Program-made: the position numbers and the translations under genes | Notes under the pieces: generated by a model | What the model was told of the DNA's origin: nothing | What the model saw: only the letters and a program-made list of their open reading frames with translations | The model's database searches: none | Shown here: positions 13,689-27,625 of the stretch, one piece after another | Numbering within the stretch: position 1 is the first letter of the stretch | Layout: every line of letters starts with the position of its first letter | From: Lytechinus pictus | Lineage: Eukaryota | Assembly (NCBI RefSeq): GCF_037042905.1 | Contig: NC_087252.1 | Coordinates: 17,672,001 to 17,736,000, forward strand | Direction of reading: 5' to 3' | DNA length: 64,000 nt

Positions 13689-16600
13689 GTGTGCCTGTTG
13701 ATGATGCATGACTTCAATTTTCCCTTTTCATCTCTCTCTAACTTAGAGTTGAATAATTTGTTTAAACCTGATCAAGTTTTCCATTCTTTACCTAACCAAT
13801 TACTTCAAGATGATTCCATATATGATGACCATGATGATGTTATTAATGACATTGATCCTGATAGGAACTCTAATCTATTTGATGTCTGTAATAAATATTG
13901 GTTGCCAAATGAATTTAATGCAAACCCAGAGTTTCAAGACAGTAACATGTTTAACTTACTGCACTTCAACTCACGTAGTCTGTATAAAATTTTTGATTCT
14001 ATTCATGATTTTATCTGTCAATTAGACCAAAAATTATGTGTATATGGATTTAGTGAAACATGGATTCACAACAATACCCCTGTTTCATTATTTAATTTAT
14101 ATGGTTACACTTTTTTTCATAGTGATAGGATGAAATGTAGAGGTGGTGGTGTTGCAATGTTTGTAAAAAAATCTTTCAATGTGTCTGTAAGAAAAGACCT
14201 ATGTTTATCAAATGCAATTTGTGAATCACTCTTTCTTGAAATTTGTATGCAAAACAAAAGAAATATCATTGTTGCTGTTATATATAGAGATCCCCACTCT
14301 AGTGTTGACGACTTTAATTGTGAAATTGATTCTTGTTTATATAAGCTAGGGAAAGAAAGTAAAGACATTTATATAATGGGGGATTTTAATATCAACCTAT
14401 TAAATTATTCATATGTGAATCAAGTCAATGACTTTGTAAATATTTTATATAATAGATCTTTTCGACCATTGATTGATAAACCTACACGTATAAGTAAATC
14501 ATCAACAACACTTATAGATAATATATTTACAAATGTCTGCAGTAAAAGTATAAATTCAGGTATATTTTATAATGACACAACCGATCACTTGCCAATTTTT
14601 TCTATTACTTATAATACTCTGAAAGAGAAGAGAAATACAGATGTTGATAGAGAAAGAATATGTTTTAATTCTGCTATTATTGATGCTATAAAAAAAGAGT
14701 TAACTCATCAAGATTGGTCTGATTTTACTTTATTTGACAATGTTGACCATGCTTATGATCATTTTGTAAATATGCTTAATAATATTGTTTGTAATGCATG
14801 TTCAAAGAATGATTGTAAAAAGAAATCTTCACCAAGAAAATCATGGATCACTTTCTCTTTATTAAAATGTATCAATAAAAAGAACAGGCTTTACAAAGCA
14901 TACTGCAAAACACAGAGTGATAAGTCTTTTAACAAATTTAAAAAGTACAGGAATGTACTGAATGGTGTATTAAAAAATGCTCGCAAAAAATACTATTATG
15001 ACTTATTACAAATAAATAAAAATAATCTTTCAAAAGTTTGGCAAATTATTAATGAGTTAATAGGAAAAACTAAACAAGAAAGATTTCCCACATATTTTAT
15101 GAATAATGATGTTAAAATAGACAGTGATAGTGATATTGCTGAAGAATTCAACAACTATTTTTCAAGTATTGCTTCTTTTGCACAGTCTAAACTAAATCAA
15201 TCACCGAAAAGTCATTTCAGTTCTTACCTCAATAGATATTGTCATAACTCAATTTTTTTGTATCCAACATGTGAAACAGAAATTATTAACATTGTTAAAA
15301 AAATGAAAAATTCAAAAAGTACAGGATTTGATGGTGTAAACATGCATCTTATAAAGAATGTCATTCACTCAATTGTTTTTCCTTTAGTCCATATTGTTAA
15401 TTTATCTATGTGCACTGGCTCTGTGCCAAATAATATGAAAATTGGTAAAATAGTCCCAATATACAAGAAAGGTGACAAGCACCTTTTCTCTAATTATAGA
15501 CCAATTACCTTATTGCCCTGTTTTTCAAAAATACTAGAAAAAATTATGTACAATCGTATAATTAATCATATATGTAAGAATTCTTTATTAACCAATGCTC
15601 AATATGGTTTCAGGTCTAATCATTATTGTGAACATGCTTTGATTGAATTGCATGATATCCTATTACATAATATTCATAATAATTTACATTCATTCGGTAT
15701 CTTTCTTGATTTGTCAAAAGCATTTGACTTGATTGACCATAACATTCTTTTATATAAATTGCCATACTTTGGAATTCGTGGTGTGGCCCTTCAGTGGTTT
15801 CATAGTTATTTATTGAATAGGAAACAATACACAACCTTTAATAATAATAACTCATCTTTTTCAAATGTGGAATGCGGAATTCCGCAGGGGTCCGTACTCG
15901 GCCCCCTGCTTTTTCTGTTATATGTCAATGATATATGTAATGTTTCATCATTTTTCCATTTCATTTTGTTTGCTGATGATACCAACATTGTCTCTTCACA
16001 CCAAGATTTTGATATACTCCAGCGTAAGACAAGTGAAGAACTCCGCAAACTTATCGACTGGTTTGATTCCAATAAGTTAGCAATCAATTATGATAAAACA
16101 TGTATTTTGTATTTCTCCAAATCAAATATTAAGTCTCCTCACCACAAAGTCAAAGTAAAAATAAATAATTTATATTTGAACGTTTTAAAGTCAGTAAAAT
16201 TCCTTGGAGTTTTACTGGATGATCAACTTTCTTTTCGAGACCATCGCATGAATTTACTTAATAAGATTTCCAAGAATGTTGGTATCATCAGTAAATTACG
16301 TTCTATTTTACCCGAAAAAACAATTATTTATGTTGTACAACTCACTTGTACTTCCTTTTATCTATTATTGTAATATTACTTGGGGAAACATAGGAAAAAA
16401 ATCAATTAGAACCCTTTCATAAATTGCAGAAAAAAGCCTTACGTATCTGTACTAAATCTTCCTATTATGCATAATCTGCCCCCCTCTTCTTTGAATTAAA
16501 AACACTAAATATTTATCATATTTATGAATTTAAAGTTGCAGTTTTTATGTATTATATTAAACAGGAAATGGCACCTGTAAACATAATGAATTTTTTCAAT

Positions 16601-16807
16601 TATAATAATGATTTTCACCAGTATAATACTCGTTCAGCTTCTTATTTTCATCTTCCACTTACCTCTAATAATCAAATTCATAATTCTTTTAAACATGCAG
16701 GACCTAGAATTTATAACAATTTAGATCCTATAATTCGTTCTTGTTCAACTGCCTCCTCATTTAAAATTTTACTTAAAAGACAATTAATTAGTGGTTATTC
16801 ATCTTGA
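13689..16807 (+). pseudogene. LINE ORF2: apurinic endonuclease plus reverse transcriptase, C-terminus frameshifted
   Basis: 894-aa ORF with SETW, GGGVA, MGDFN, DHLPIF (APE) and YRPITLL, QYGFR, DLSKAFD, PQGSVLGPLLF, FADDT (RT). A frameshift in the A-run near 16316 continues as QLFMLYNSLVLPFIYYCNITWG, with further lesions, to the stop at 16807. Confidence 0.92.
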
Positions 16808-17254
16808 TTCCCTTTCCCTTTTCTAAACATACATGTACCCTCCTCCCCCTCTCTCTTCTCTCTTTCTCTCTCTCTCTCTCCCTTGTTTGAGTGCAATGGG
16901 TCATGGATGTGTGTTGGGTGTGGGTGATTCTGTGTTTGATGTATGGATATATAATGATTACGTTATGATTATCAATGATTATTTGAATACCTGCAAAGGG
17001 GCAACTGCCTAACAAGATTTTAATATTTTTGGTTGCCTCTTACCATATGTTGATTTTTCTTTTACAAGAATGTATAAATTATATTTATTTGTTGTATATT
17101 TATTTTTTTGTATGTTTTGTCACATTTATGCATTTATATATTATGTTATTTTACATTGTATTTAAATATTTTTATATGGTTGATAAATGAAATGAAATGA
17201 AATGAATTGTTGTATTTGTTTTTCTTCATTCTGTAGAGTGCTTGATACGAAGTT

Positions 17255-17386
17255 ATTAATATTATTATTATTATCATTATTATTATTATTATGATTATTA
17301 TTATGAGTATTATTATTATTATTATTATCATTATTATTATTATCATTATTATTATTAGTATTATCATTATTATTATTATTATTATT
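17255..17386. repeat. (ATT)n microsatellite
   Basis: Seen directly; much shorter in units 2 and 3. Confidence 0.95.
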
Positions 17387-17441
17387 AAAATATAAACCGA
17401 CAAAAAGCGATACTTGAAGAAACGCTACCCCATGAACTTAA

Positions 17442-17926
17442 AGGGTAAGTTCACCCTGACAAAAAGTTTATTGTAAAAATAGCAGAAAAAATAATAGCAA
17501 ATATTGCCGAAGGTTTGAGAAAAATTCATCAAATAATTAAAGAGTTATTAGAATTTCAATTATTTGATTTGTGACGTCATATGCGAGCAGCATTCCTACA
17601 TAGCGAATGGTAAAAAATCAATGAAATGTCATTTTCTCAGAAAATTGAAAATGGTTTTCACTGTACCTTTTGTATATCAATAGACAAATCATTTCACACC
17701 CGATCATGAATAGAAAACAAAATTAAGTCATCAGGAACCATACAAAATTTGAAATTCATTCATTTTATATTACATAACACATGGGGCAGCTGCTCGTTTA
17801 TGACGTCACAAATTCAAAACTTTGAACTCTAATAACTGTCTTACTCTTTATTGGATTTTCCTCGCACCTTCACCAATATTTTTTACTATTTTTACAACAA
17901 AGTTTTCTTCAGGGTGAACTACCCCT
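17442..17926. mobile_element. Kolobok-type (TTAA) MITE
   Basis: TIR agggtaagttcaccctga / tcagggtgaactacccct; TTAA / TTTA flanks; absent from units 2 and 3. Confidence 0.85.
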
Positions 17927-18696
17927 TTTAGTTGAGTGGAATCCGAACAATTTTTTATGAAAAATATTTTTGAGAGAGCAAACGTTGGGCAGGCATGGAA
18001 ATGGTAAAAAAATTGATTGTAAGGCTTGAGATGTATGATCATAAAAATAGTGTAGATAAGTACAGCGTGCATCGGAAAGGTATTGAGGCTTCACAAGGCA
18101 AAGAATAGGAGAAACAAACAAAGATATGAGGAACAAAGGACAAAGGGATGAAAGGAGTGAAAAGAAAAAGGGTTATAAGATTGTACCAATCTATTGTATA
18201 AAGTAATTTACAGGTGTATGTTCACATATTACATCATATCAAATTGAGCTTATCATTCTGTTTGATGTGTGTAAAATGTTATTACGTAGTTTTGCTGTTT
18301 AAGTGTAATATGCTTAAAGTTTAAGCTCTCTTTCATATTCAGCGGAATGACCAATTTCTTTAGCTGTAAATGTAAAAGTATTATGCTTGAGTTTGAGGTA
18401 ACTCGAGATGGCAATCGTGGTAGTGGTGGAGTTCATTATTTACTCGAAATATATTGCTTAAAATGTTGGGTAGTTATTAAACTGAAACTGATTCAACTTA
18501 TAAATGTAATCATTTTTGCAAGTGTTAAAAAAGAACAATCGTTCTAGTGTTGATGATTTACATGAATTACAATTCGCATGTCGTCTGTTTTCAAAATAAC
18601 AATTTTCTATATACACGATATGCCGTGCGGTTTCACAATGATAGAATTTATTTTGGTTCAGATCGGGGGAAAAAATGAAGGTAAGTGATGATTTAA

Positions 18697-19438
18697 AGGA
18701 AAAGCTCGCCCTGACAAAAAGTTTATTGTAAAAATAGCAGAAAAAATGACACAAAAATATTAACGAAGGTTTGAGGGAATCCCATCAAGGAGTAAAAAAC
18801 TTATCAAATTATTTGATTTATGACGTCATATGCGAGCAGCTTTCCTTTACATAGTATGGCAAAAACTGAAAGAAATGTCGTTTTCTCAGAAAATTAGATT
18901 GTTTTTTATTATACCTTCAGTATGTCAATACACAAAAAATTTCACACGTTCTCCTAAAAGAAAATTAAAAATAAGTCATCACGAACCATTAAAATATCAA
19001 ATTTTTGCATTTCATTTTACACAAAATAATAATAATAATACTCAGTTCTTGTATAGCGCATATCACAATTATAAATAATGTCTCTATGCGCTTCCAAAGG
19101 CCTTGGATATTATTACCCTAGCTGTAGCTTGGCAGTCGTAATTACTAAGATTACAGCGCGGAGGCATTTCAAGGAATAAATTCCTGCCAGGTACCCATTC
19201 ACTTCACCTTGGATGAGTGCAGCACAATGTGGATATATTTCTTGCCGAAGGAAATTACGCCATGGCTGGGATTCGAACCCACGACCCTCTGTTTCTGCTC
19301 GTTTATGACGTCACAAATCCAAATTATGATAATATTTTTTAATATTGAATGGATTTTCCTCAAACCTCCACCCCTATTTTTTGTTCTGCTATTTTTTTTA
19401 CAACAAACTTTTCTATACATGTAGGCTGAACTTCCCTT
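18697..19438. mobile_element. Kolobok-type MITE containing a truncated SINE
   Basis: TTAA flanks; same family as 17442-17926; orthologous to 50408-50895. Confidence 0.8.
19025..19295 (-). mobile_element. 5'-truncated SINE of the same family inside a Kolobok-type MITE
   Basis: Box B, core and (ATT)n tail; absent from the orthologous MITE at 50408-50895. Confidence 0.85.
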
Positions 19439-19839
19439 TTAAGGGTTTCTAGATACAACCTTACATATACTTCATACATGAAGAGCTTAGTTGGAAACAA
19501 GGTAAGGTCCATTTTCCATAAAATTTGTGTTTTTGTTTGTCTCAATGTATTGACTTTTGGTAGCTTTATGAAATTTTACCAACGAAAAGTTGATTTTCCC
19601 ATTAAAAGTGAACAAAAATGGCAAAAGAAATCTCTTAATTTTGTTTTGCCTTTTTCCGTTCTTAAAATGTTAAGTCATGGTTTTATCACATCTACCATTA
19701 TATGGAGTGATTTTATGGAAATTTTACAACTAAAAAAATATAGGGCCTACATATTTTTATTTTTTATTTTTATTTTTTTACAAAACGAGAAATCCGTCTG
19801 ATAACTCACCCACCTCTTTCCAAAGAAATAATATCTTAC

Positions 19840-20330
19840 CGACTCAGATTATCATTTCATTACAGACCTGCTTATTATGTACCAATGCCACAATCAGATG
19901 TTACCAAAGTCTCTTCAAGATTATTTTAAAATGGTGACTTTGTCCCATTCATATCAAAGTAGAAATTTTAGCAATCACCACCCTCCTTTGTCACGTACAG
20001 TTTTATTCAAACGATCTTTTTTTACCACTCTTTTGTAATTCATCACCTAATTCTGATAAATTATCAAAATCACTTAATCAATTTAAACGTGCATGTCTCA
20101 GGGACAAAACACCTCTTAACACGGCTATCCTTTCGTTGTAATTTCTTTTCACTCCCCCTCTCTCTCTCTCTTTCTTGGACTAATTCGTAATTATTGCATG
20201 ATTATGATTAAATTGTTATCGTTCATGTGCTAACTTTATTAATATGATTTTTGGCATCAGTATGGGACCAAACTACACAAGCATTTGTGCTTCTTCACCC
20301 CCACCTCCACATGTAACAAAACCAAAATTC
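19840..20330 (+). mobile_element. Degenerate 3' end of a CR1/L2-group LINE
   Basis: Remnant ORF2 C-terminus (LLMYQCHNQMLPKSLQDYF..HSYQSR), a (CT)n run and a 3' stem-loop, organised like 16550-17040. Confidence 0.5.
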
Positions 20331-20495
20331 ATCCTCTGTACATACCAGACAGGCTTATACTGTTATATCCGCCGCCAAAATATGCTCGTGTGATTTCAAA
20401 TTTGGGCCCCACCACCTACAAAATCGTAGATCAGCGCTTGGGTTAGGCTGTCATATAGGAATTAAGGAATCTTGGACCTGTAAATAGATAAGTAA

Positions 20496-20670
20496 CAGGG
20501 GCCGCGGAACGGTTTTCAAAGTGGGGGGGGGGCTGAGCCAAAAGTGGGGGGCTGACCATGCTAAAAATCACAATCATTTGGTCAATTTTACGTTTTTGTA
20601 CACGGTTTTGGAAAAAAGTGGGGGGGGGGGCTGAAGCCCCCCCCCCCCCCACCCGGTTCCGCGGCCCCTG
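20496..20670. mobile_element. GC-rich MITE with 5-bp TSD (hAT5-like)
   Basis: TIR caggggccgcggaac / gttccgcggcccctg; agtaa on both sides. Confidence 0.8.
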
Positions 20671-21481
20671 AGTAATACAAGTGAGAGTGATAAGAGTTTT
20701 TGAGTGCTCCACTGTGAAATCTTGATAACGGCGAATTTCATTATTTGCTCGAAATATGTGGTTCAGTACATACGCTAGGTGATTCTGGTTTGTTAAACTG
20801 ATATTACAATGACTCAACTTAATTTTTTGATAAGACAATCTGTATCGTGTTAATCATTTCAAATAACGCCTTTCTATGTAGCAAATATGCAGCAGCGTTT
20901 CCTCATGCTAGAATATTGGTAATTTAGGTACAAAAGTAGTTAAGTGATTTAATAGTGGTTGGGTTAAATATTCATTTGAATATCTTTATTGCACCAACAT
21001 GACGAGTGTGTCTAGATATTTAATCTTAAATATATTATCAATATATTATATTTTCATGGGAATTTGTCATGGATTCGTTGATGATATCCATCAAATGAGG
21101 ATGATGTAGATATTAGCTGTGTTTTTGAATACCCCCCCCCCCACACACCGATATATTTAGTGAAAAATAATGTGTAAATATTAGCCCTGATTTCGAATTG
21201 ACTAAATGAAAAAGACGTTATATGTTATTGTGTAAACGCAAGAGAAAAAACTAATGAAAATATTTTTGATATACATGTATAAAATGAAAAGCAGTTGGCC
21301 AATTGTGGGACACTGAGGAAGCCCACAATATATATATTACTCCGTTCTGACATGATTATGATTATCAATGAAAACACAAGTTTCTATATTATTTTTCTTT
21401 GATAATAAATTGTCATTTTTCTCACAAGCATAATATCTGCAATTCATTTGTGTAGTCTATACCTGGAACAAACATAATATA

Positions 21482-21800
21482 ATGATTGATGTGGAAGATG
21501 GTGATGATGTTGATGATAGTAATGGTGTTGATTAAAATGATAGTGAATACGATGGGGATGTTGATAGTTATGATTGTGTTTAAGATGATAGTTTTGTTGA
21601 TGATGGTAATGGTGGTGATTGAGATGATCGTGAAGATGATGGTGATGATGATGATGGTGATGATTGCAGTGGTGATGATAATGAACACTGTGGTGGTGCT
21701 AATTTTAGTAATGGTTGTGGTAATATTACTTGCAGTCATCATGGCAGCTATAATTGTAATAAAGACGATTATGGTGCTGAGAAAGGTGCAGTGTAGGTGA
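21482..21800. repeat. (GAT/GGT)n low-complexity tract
   Basis: Seen directly. Confidence 0.9.
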
Positions 21801-22611
21801 CAACGAAGATCTGAATTTGGAAGATTTTTTTTGTGATCTTTATTATTCATTCAAATAAATATCATACATACATAATCAAGGAAATATAAAGCAAAATGAT
21901 AATTGCAGCAGTGCAATACACAAATTAAATAACAGTGTAACAAATATAGCAGGCAACCTGTATCAGAACAGAGACATAATCCGAAATCATGCAAAAATAA
22001 CAATAACATTTCAACAATGGAAGATGATAGTTGATCGCCATCACGTTGACCAAAGGTTACTGTGATGTGATGATGGTCATTGGTGCAATATTGCAAATCT
22101 AAATTATAACTCTAAAACTAAAACTATAAGCTTAAACAAAGAAATGGCGAGCTATTTTGGGTGGCGTATATACCTGGAGTAATTTTTTTAGTCCGGCAAG
22201 GAAGGTGATACTGAAGATGGTGAGAATATTGATGATGGTAATAATTAAGATTGTAGTAATATTGGCAGTAATGATGGTGGTGTAGATGATAGAGAATCAT
22301 TGGTGGTGATTGTGGATTGTGTTGAAGAACGGTATAATGGTGGAGAGAAGGGAGGGGGGGGGGCTAGACTATAGTTTTTTGTTTTATCTATAGAGAGAGT
22401 GCCGAAGTGTGACGTCATCAATTTAAAAAAAACATTTTTATACCATATTTTGGTTGAGCATGTTGAAAACCTTCACAACCCAAATTTTGATGGAAATCGG
22501 TAAATGGAACGACACGATATGACATAATATATAACAAAACAAAATCTGCCGTAACAATGGAGACTTCTGAGGCACCCACGGCACACCTTCATCTTCGCCA
22601 TGCATCGTTAA

Positions 22612-23194
22612 AGGGATGGTCCGGGCTGAAAATATTTATATTCTAATACATAGAGTAGAATTCACTGGGCAAAATGCCGAAAATTCAGAATCTGATAACA
22701 AATAATAACGTTATTGAAGTTTAAAGTTAAGCAGTATTTTGTGAAAACAGTCGTCATGAATATTCATTAGGCATGTTAGGTGGGCTGATGATGTCACATC
22801 TCCACTTTTCGTTTTCTCATGTTATTACATAGAATCATATTTTTTCATTATTTCATACTTGTGTAAATAATATGTCTCCCCTATAATGAAATAAGTTGCA
22901 GCAATAAATATCTAATGCACTATCAGTTGTCAATCCAATTTTTCTAGTTCATGGAGGAAAAAATTTGAATAAACCTAATTTCATATAATAAAATACAAAA
23001 GAACAAGTGGGGATGTGACATCATCAGCCCACCTAATAAATATTCATGACAACTGTTTTCACAAAATATTGCTAAACTTTAAAATTCAATAACTTTGTTA
23101 TTTGTTATCCGACTTTGATGAAATTTTCGGCGTTTTGCTCAGTGAATTCTACTCTATTTATTAAGCTAAAGTACTTTCAGCCTTAACCATCCCT
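22612..23194. mobile_element. Kolobok-type palindromic MITE
   Basis: TIR agggatggt..ggctgaaa / tttcagcc..accatccct; long imperfect inverted arms; TTAA on both sides. Confidence 0.88.
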
Positions 23195-26100
23195 TTAAGG
23201 GCGGAAATCTCTCCCCAAATGTAGGGGGACCAAGAGCTGGAAAATTTGACAAGCAAAAAAAAAAGAAAAAAAAAGTAAGGTCATCTCGTCCAAAATACAT
23301 GTTTTATTTCGATTTCTTTCTTGCCATCATAAAAGACCAAAAATAGTAGGGGGCATTTGATATTGTGTCCCCCTTACTATTTTGGGTAGGGGGCGCGTCC
23401 CCATGGGATTTTCGCCCATGGTTAAGCGCGCCCCGAGTAAAATAAGACTTCACTACCTCTGCTGCGCTGCGAGTAAAACAATCAGAAAAAACTGCATGAG
23501 GAAATGAGTCAAAATTTAAATATTAGAAATTGAAGGGAACATTTCACAAGGAGTGGCTCACTCTCGACAGTTTGACGCTGACAAATTTCAAGATAAGATC
23601 CTTTAACGTTGGAAGATTAAATCCAGAGTCTTATGCAGATATTGACAACGCTCAGCTATGGCTATACTCAGGCCCAACCTGTCTTTTCTTCTGCAGCTTT
23701 GAGATCCCGAACGAAAACTAACGAGGAATTCGAAGGAGTCCTGAAATTGACTTGGGTCCATTTCGAACATCCACCATGCTATTTGATAAGTCACAAGAAG
23801 TTAACCAATATAACCTTCTTCCCAAATAATCATAATCCATATAGGCATAAATATGGTTAACGTTTCAAAGGATGCTTGTTTTCCTTACTCCCATTTTCAA
23901 GTTTGAAGTTCAAAGTTGCATTTGTTCACCAGATAATTGCATGATATACATGCAGTCTCATATTCTGCACATTTTCATTATTAAGATTATTACTATTCCC
24001 TTTGGTGTGATCGAGGATACCATATAAATTCAACATTCTCATTAATTATTCAACAAGTATCCATTACGATGATATCTTTTTTTTTTTGAACAAAACATTT
24101 TGGTATAATTTACCAACTTTCAAAATGTTTCATTCTGTAGAATCCAAATTCGTGAAAATCATTTTCTTTAAAGATGCCGAGCTTACCCAATTGTGATTAT
24201 ACCTTCATCATTTTTGTAAAATCAAATTGTAGGTTGTAGGATGCTTCGCATCCACAATTCGTAGTCTTTGCCACGTCAGGCTTATCGCTTGCGTTCAGCA
24301 TAACAGCAAAGACAATAACTACAGCCTCCGCCTAGTTTATAGGCTATAGAGACCCGGGCAGGTTCCGTTTTCCCAAAATATATCAGGCATATTTTGACCA
24401 TCGTCACTTTTGTCTAATTCCCTCATTTGTTCTTCCTTTTTTTCACATATGTATCACCCTTATCTTTCTGTATTTTTGTTTAACCTCAGTTTTTTCCTCT
24501 CTGCTCTTAAAGTCTTTAATGATTATATACCATGTTTTCCTCATTTTACTACTTTACTTCCTTGTCCATGTGTTCTTTCAATTTGGTATATTTGCTTGTT
24601 TAAGTAGGCTGCACATAAATCATTTGATTGTCACTATAAAAAAAATGGTAAAAGTCGACTGACTGAAATTCGCTACTGTCTGCTGACAAACATTTGCACA
24701 TCATGATCATACAGCTTATCTGCCACATGATTAGTTATGGTTATGACCTTTGTAGCAGTTTAAACATTATGCAAATAATGTGATAAGCGGTGGGATATAG
24801 ATTTTCCATTGGTTAAAGTCAAGTACATACTGCAGTCGTGGCTTGATAAAAAAAATAAAACAAGATTAAATAAAACAAATAAAAAAACATGATGAGTTAT
24901 AGAAATTATGTATCTTCTTCAAGATCCAGCACTATCAAACAATCATTGCTGTAACTGGTTAGTATCTGACGATTCATCTGGATTGCTTGGCTTAGTAAAA
25001 TATTTGTTTTAAGAAATCCACCATAGTTTGTTCCTGCGCCTAAATACGTAGTAGCTGAATGCTTGAACAGGTTGAATGCTGATTGGTGTATTACTCTGCT
25101 ACTTCTATGTTCAAAGGTAACATTTTTCTTCTCTTATTTCACCAAAATCCAATACTTGTCATTTTACCGACAACTTTCACTATCGTCACTCTGCTGTGTT
25201 TGTAGATGTAATACCAACCCCCAAACAAACTTACCATATTCAGAATATCTTCATACAATTAATGTACATACCTTATAATGTTATTCTTGACTGCACTGAC
25301 AACTGGTGGCGGATGTAGCTTTTATTAGGGGGGAGAAGCATAGACAAATTTTCAAAGAAAATCGAGAGCAAGTCATGTTTTTTTCTTCAGATTTCAATAT
25401 TGACGATGCCGCCGGAGTAACGCTTTAAAAAACGGCGCCTAGTGTCACTCTGCTACAAGGCGAGGCGAAAATGAAGGGGTCGAGAAATTGAAATTTTTAA
25501 CTGTTTTAAAATGAAGTTCAATTTTGGGGCGATATTTTATGACAATGCAATATTCACTCTTTTTCCTTTAAATTTCGTATTCCCCCTTACGTTTCATTTT
25601 TTTTTTACTTTTTAGGGGTGGTTTATGTGCCTGCATTCCATATTCTATTGGCCAGTTGGTCTGTGAGTATGCAGAGTTTAGTGATATTTTGATAATGTTT
25701 TAGTTAATTTCACTTGAAATTAAGCATTTCGTAAATAAATATTGCCCCTATGAATATAATAATTGGTGACAAAGGGAACTGTTCATGTATAATAGCAATT
25801 GATAGGCAAATTTTACGCCGAAAACAATACAAAATTTTCTCGAATATGATGCCACGAATTTAGGTGATCAATAAGGATATGAGGCTGCAAGCCATGCACT
25901 GAAATTAGAAAATCAATGAAGACATCTTCACGATCATATTGTAAATATGGTGTATTAAGTTGAAAAGAAACGTTATTTTAAACACGATTCCGTGTGTTAT
26001 CGTTTGGAGTTAGTTAATGTATTGCCATTTCCTTGAATGATACTAACACAGTTGTTCACGCATAGGAAAAACAACATTTTTTATAAATTTCATCATTATA

Positions 26101-26589
26101 TTCAGATTCAGACGTCGTGTCAAATTTCACTGTTTTACCCTTTAACCTTTCTTTTTTGGTTATAAACATTATGGGGGTTCTTGACCACCCTGGGCCCCTT
26201 TACTATCTGTCCGCCAGTGCGGGAAATAACAAGTTTTTAGTACTGATATATTCATGACGTGGGCCAGGGTGTCACTATGTAGATCGTATTAGGTAATGCA
26301 GAAGAACGCTATGTTCTAGATAATAAATTGATGTAGAACTTATTTGTGCAAATTTTTTTCTCTCTCTTGGATGGACTTGATTCGGGTAGTTGACAGCATC
26401 GGGTAGTGCCTGTGGTGGTTGGGGGTATAACCATGTTGAGCAGATGATCGTGAGCCCGAGAAAGAATAGTTATTGATTGGTTGATTTTATTTGCAAGGCC
26501 ACAAGAAGATGACGGATTTCATCAGTAAGCTTTAACATGATAACTTGGGAAAGTTCGAAAGCCTGCCGGGTCCTGAAATGAACATCAAT

Positions 26590-27625
26590 TTGGCTGTCTT
26601 AGGATCCTAAAGTTGACACTGAAATATAATCCTATAAAATAGTACATTTGTAACAACTTTCGAAACAAACATCTTTCTGCTTGAATGAGCACCACTTACT
26701 TTTGAAAAGTTCGTAAAAAATGATTTACGCTTTAATTATTATGATTTAACTTGGAAATAGTTATATGGATAAAACAAGACGTTAATGATGAAAACCTTAT
26801 GGCTTTAAGCCGATAAGACTGATTTGAAAATACATACAGAACACTTCCTTGAGCGCCGATGCGCCCCTCCCCACACACCGAGGCCATCGTCATGATATCT
26901 GCTTTACATTGAGAAGTGACTCACATGAACTGGTTTAGACTTGATTTTTATTCTGTAAATCATTGACAAGCTTATGAAATGTGTGGAGTACCAAGTATTT
27001 AATGAAATATGAAATGTAAACCAACTTTAAATGTAAATCAACTTAGTAGAAATTGCTGACCAGGAGATATGTCGGATCCAGGATTTCCCAAGGGGGGGGG
27101 GGCACATGATATTTCGTCCCCGAAAAAAATTGACAGGCAGAAAAAAAGGGTCTTCACTTTCAAATGGGAAGGGGGGCATACTTCAGTTTTGATAGCATTT
27201 TTACATTACAATTTTTAATTTAGCTTCTCAAAGGGGGGGGGCACGGGCCGGCTGTGCCCCCCCCCCCCCCCCTGGATCCGCCAGTGAGCTATAGGTTGTG
27301 CATACCTACGGTAAAAATGTTAATGTGGATGGCAAATTTGATACAAAATGTAAAACGTATCGGTTTTATTTCAATTGACTGAAAGTGCAAAAGAATAATT
27401 GTAAGCAATTGTATGGCACGGTTAGTTTGTTTTCGCCGTTTCTTCCTTATACAGCGTGAAAATGAGCATTTCTGCGCGAAACGATTTCTGCGACCCTAAC
27501 AAATTGCTCACACACGTGTAATATTCTGTCATTTTTTTTTACTTTCATTTGATAGATGAGACCCAAGCGCAATAATATATATGTAAGAAAATAATCCACA
27601 TGTTGCATCTTTTTCAATTCCCAGG
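26590..27625 (-). mobile_element. Degenerate Tc1/mariner-like non-autonomous element, interrupted by the hAT MITE
   Basis: Reverse-complement similarity to 50905-51868 (gagcaccacttacttttgaaaagtt; atagatgagacc). Confidence 0.6.
27070..27285. mobile_element. hAT-type MITE (ggatccgccagtg terminus); the right half of another copy is at ~5051-5152
   Basis: cggatccagg ... cctggatccgccagtg inverted ends; internal match to 5051-5152. Confidence 0.7.

Larger units (their letters stand above)
10829..17206 (+). mobile_element. 5'-truncated CR1/L2-group LINE (ORF1 3' end, ORF2, 3' UTR, (TGAAA)n tail), interrupted by a hAT element
   Basis: ORF1 remnant KLKLKGSRMGIDEDLTSRNRSLLEHVKKAVETKD / YLDAAWSVDGKITVLV...LLLQ* spans the insertion. 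APE-RT ORF2 follows, then a (TGAAA)n tail at ~17187-17206, after which unit-1 homology resumes. Confidence 0.9.
5151..19700 (+). repeat. Segmental duplication unit 1 (3' flank of a TRIM unit, interrupted by about 10 kb of insertions)
   Basis: 5151-6970, 10790-10828 and 17205-18690 align by eye with 31724-34730 and 46762-50400, e.g. ccagtaatg.gtctgg, gaaaatcctggcgaaagttt, gtgacgtgataacggtg. Confidence 0.9.

Noticed and set aside
13689..16373. Active LINE or domesticated reverse transcriptase gene
   Set aside because: 5'-truncated, ORF1 interrupted, and the ORF2 C-terminus has frameshifts and a stop.
17442..19438. Two related TTAA elements as terminal direct repeats of a composite (KolobokP-like) transposon
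   Set aside because: The DNA between them is host duplication-unit sequence, and the two insertions have different presence patterns across units, so they are independent.
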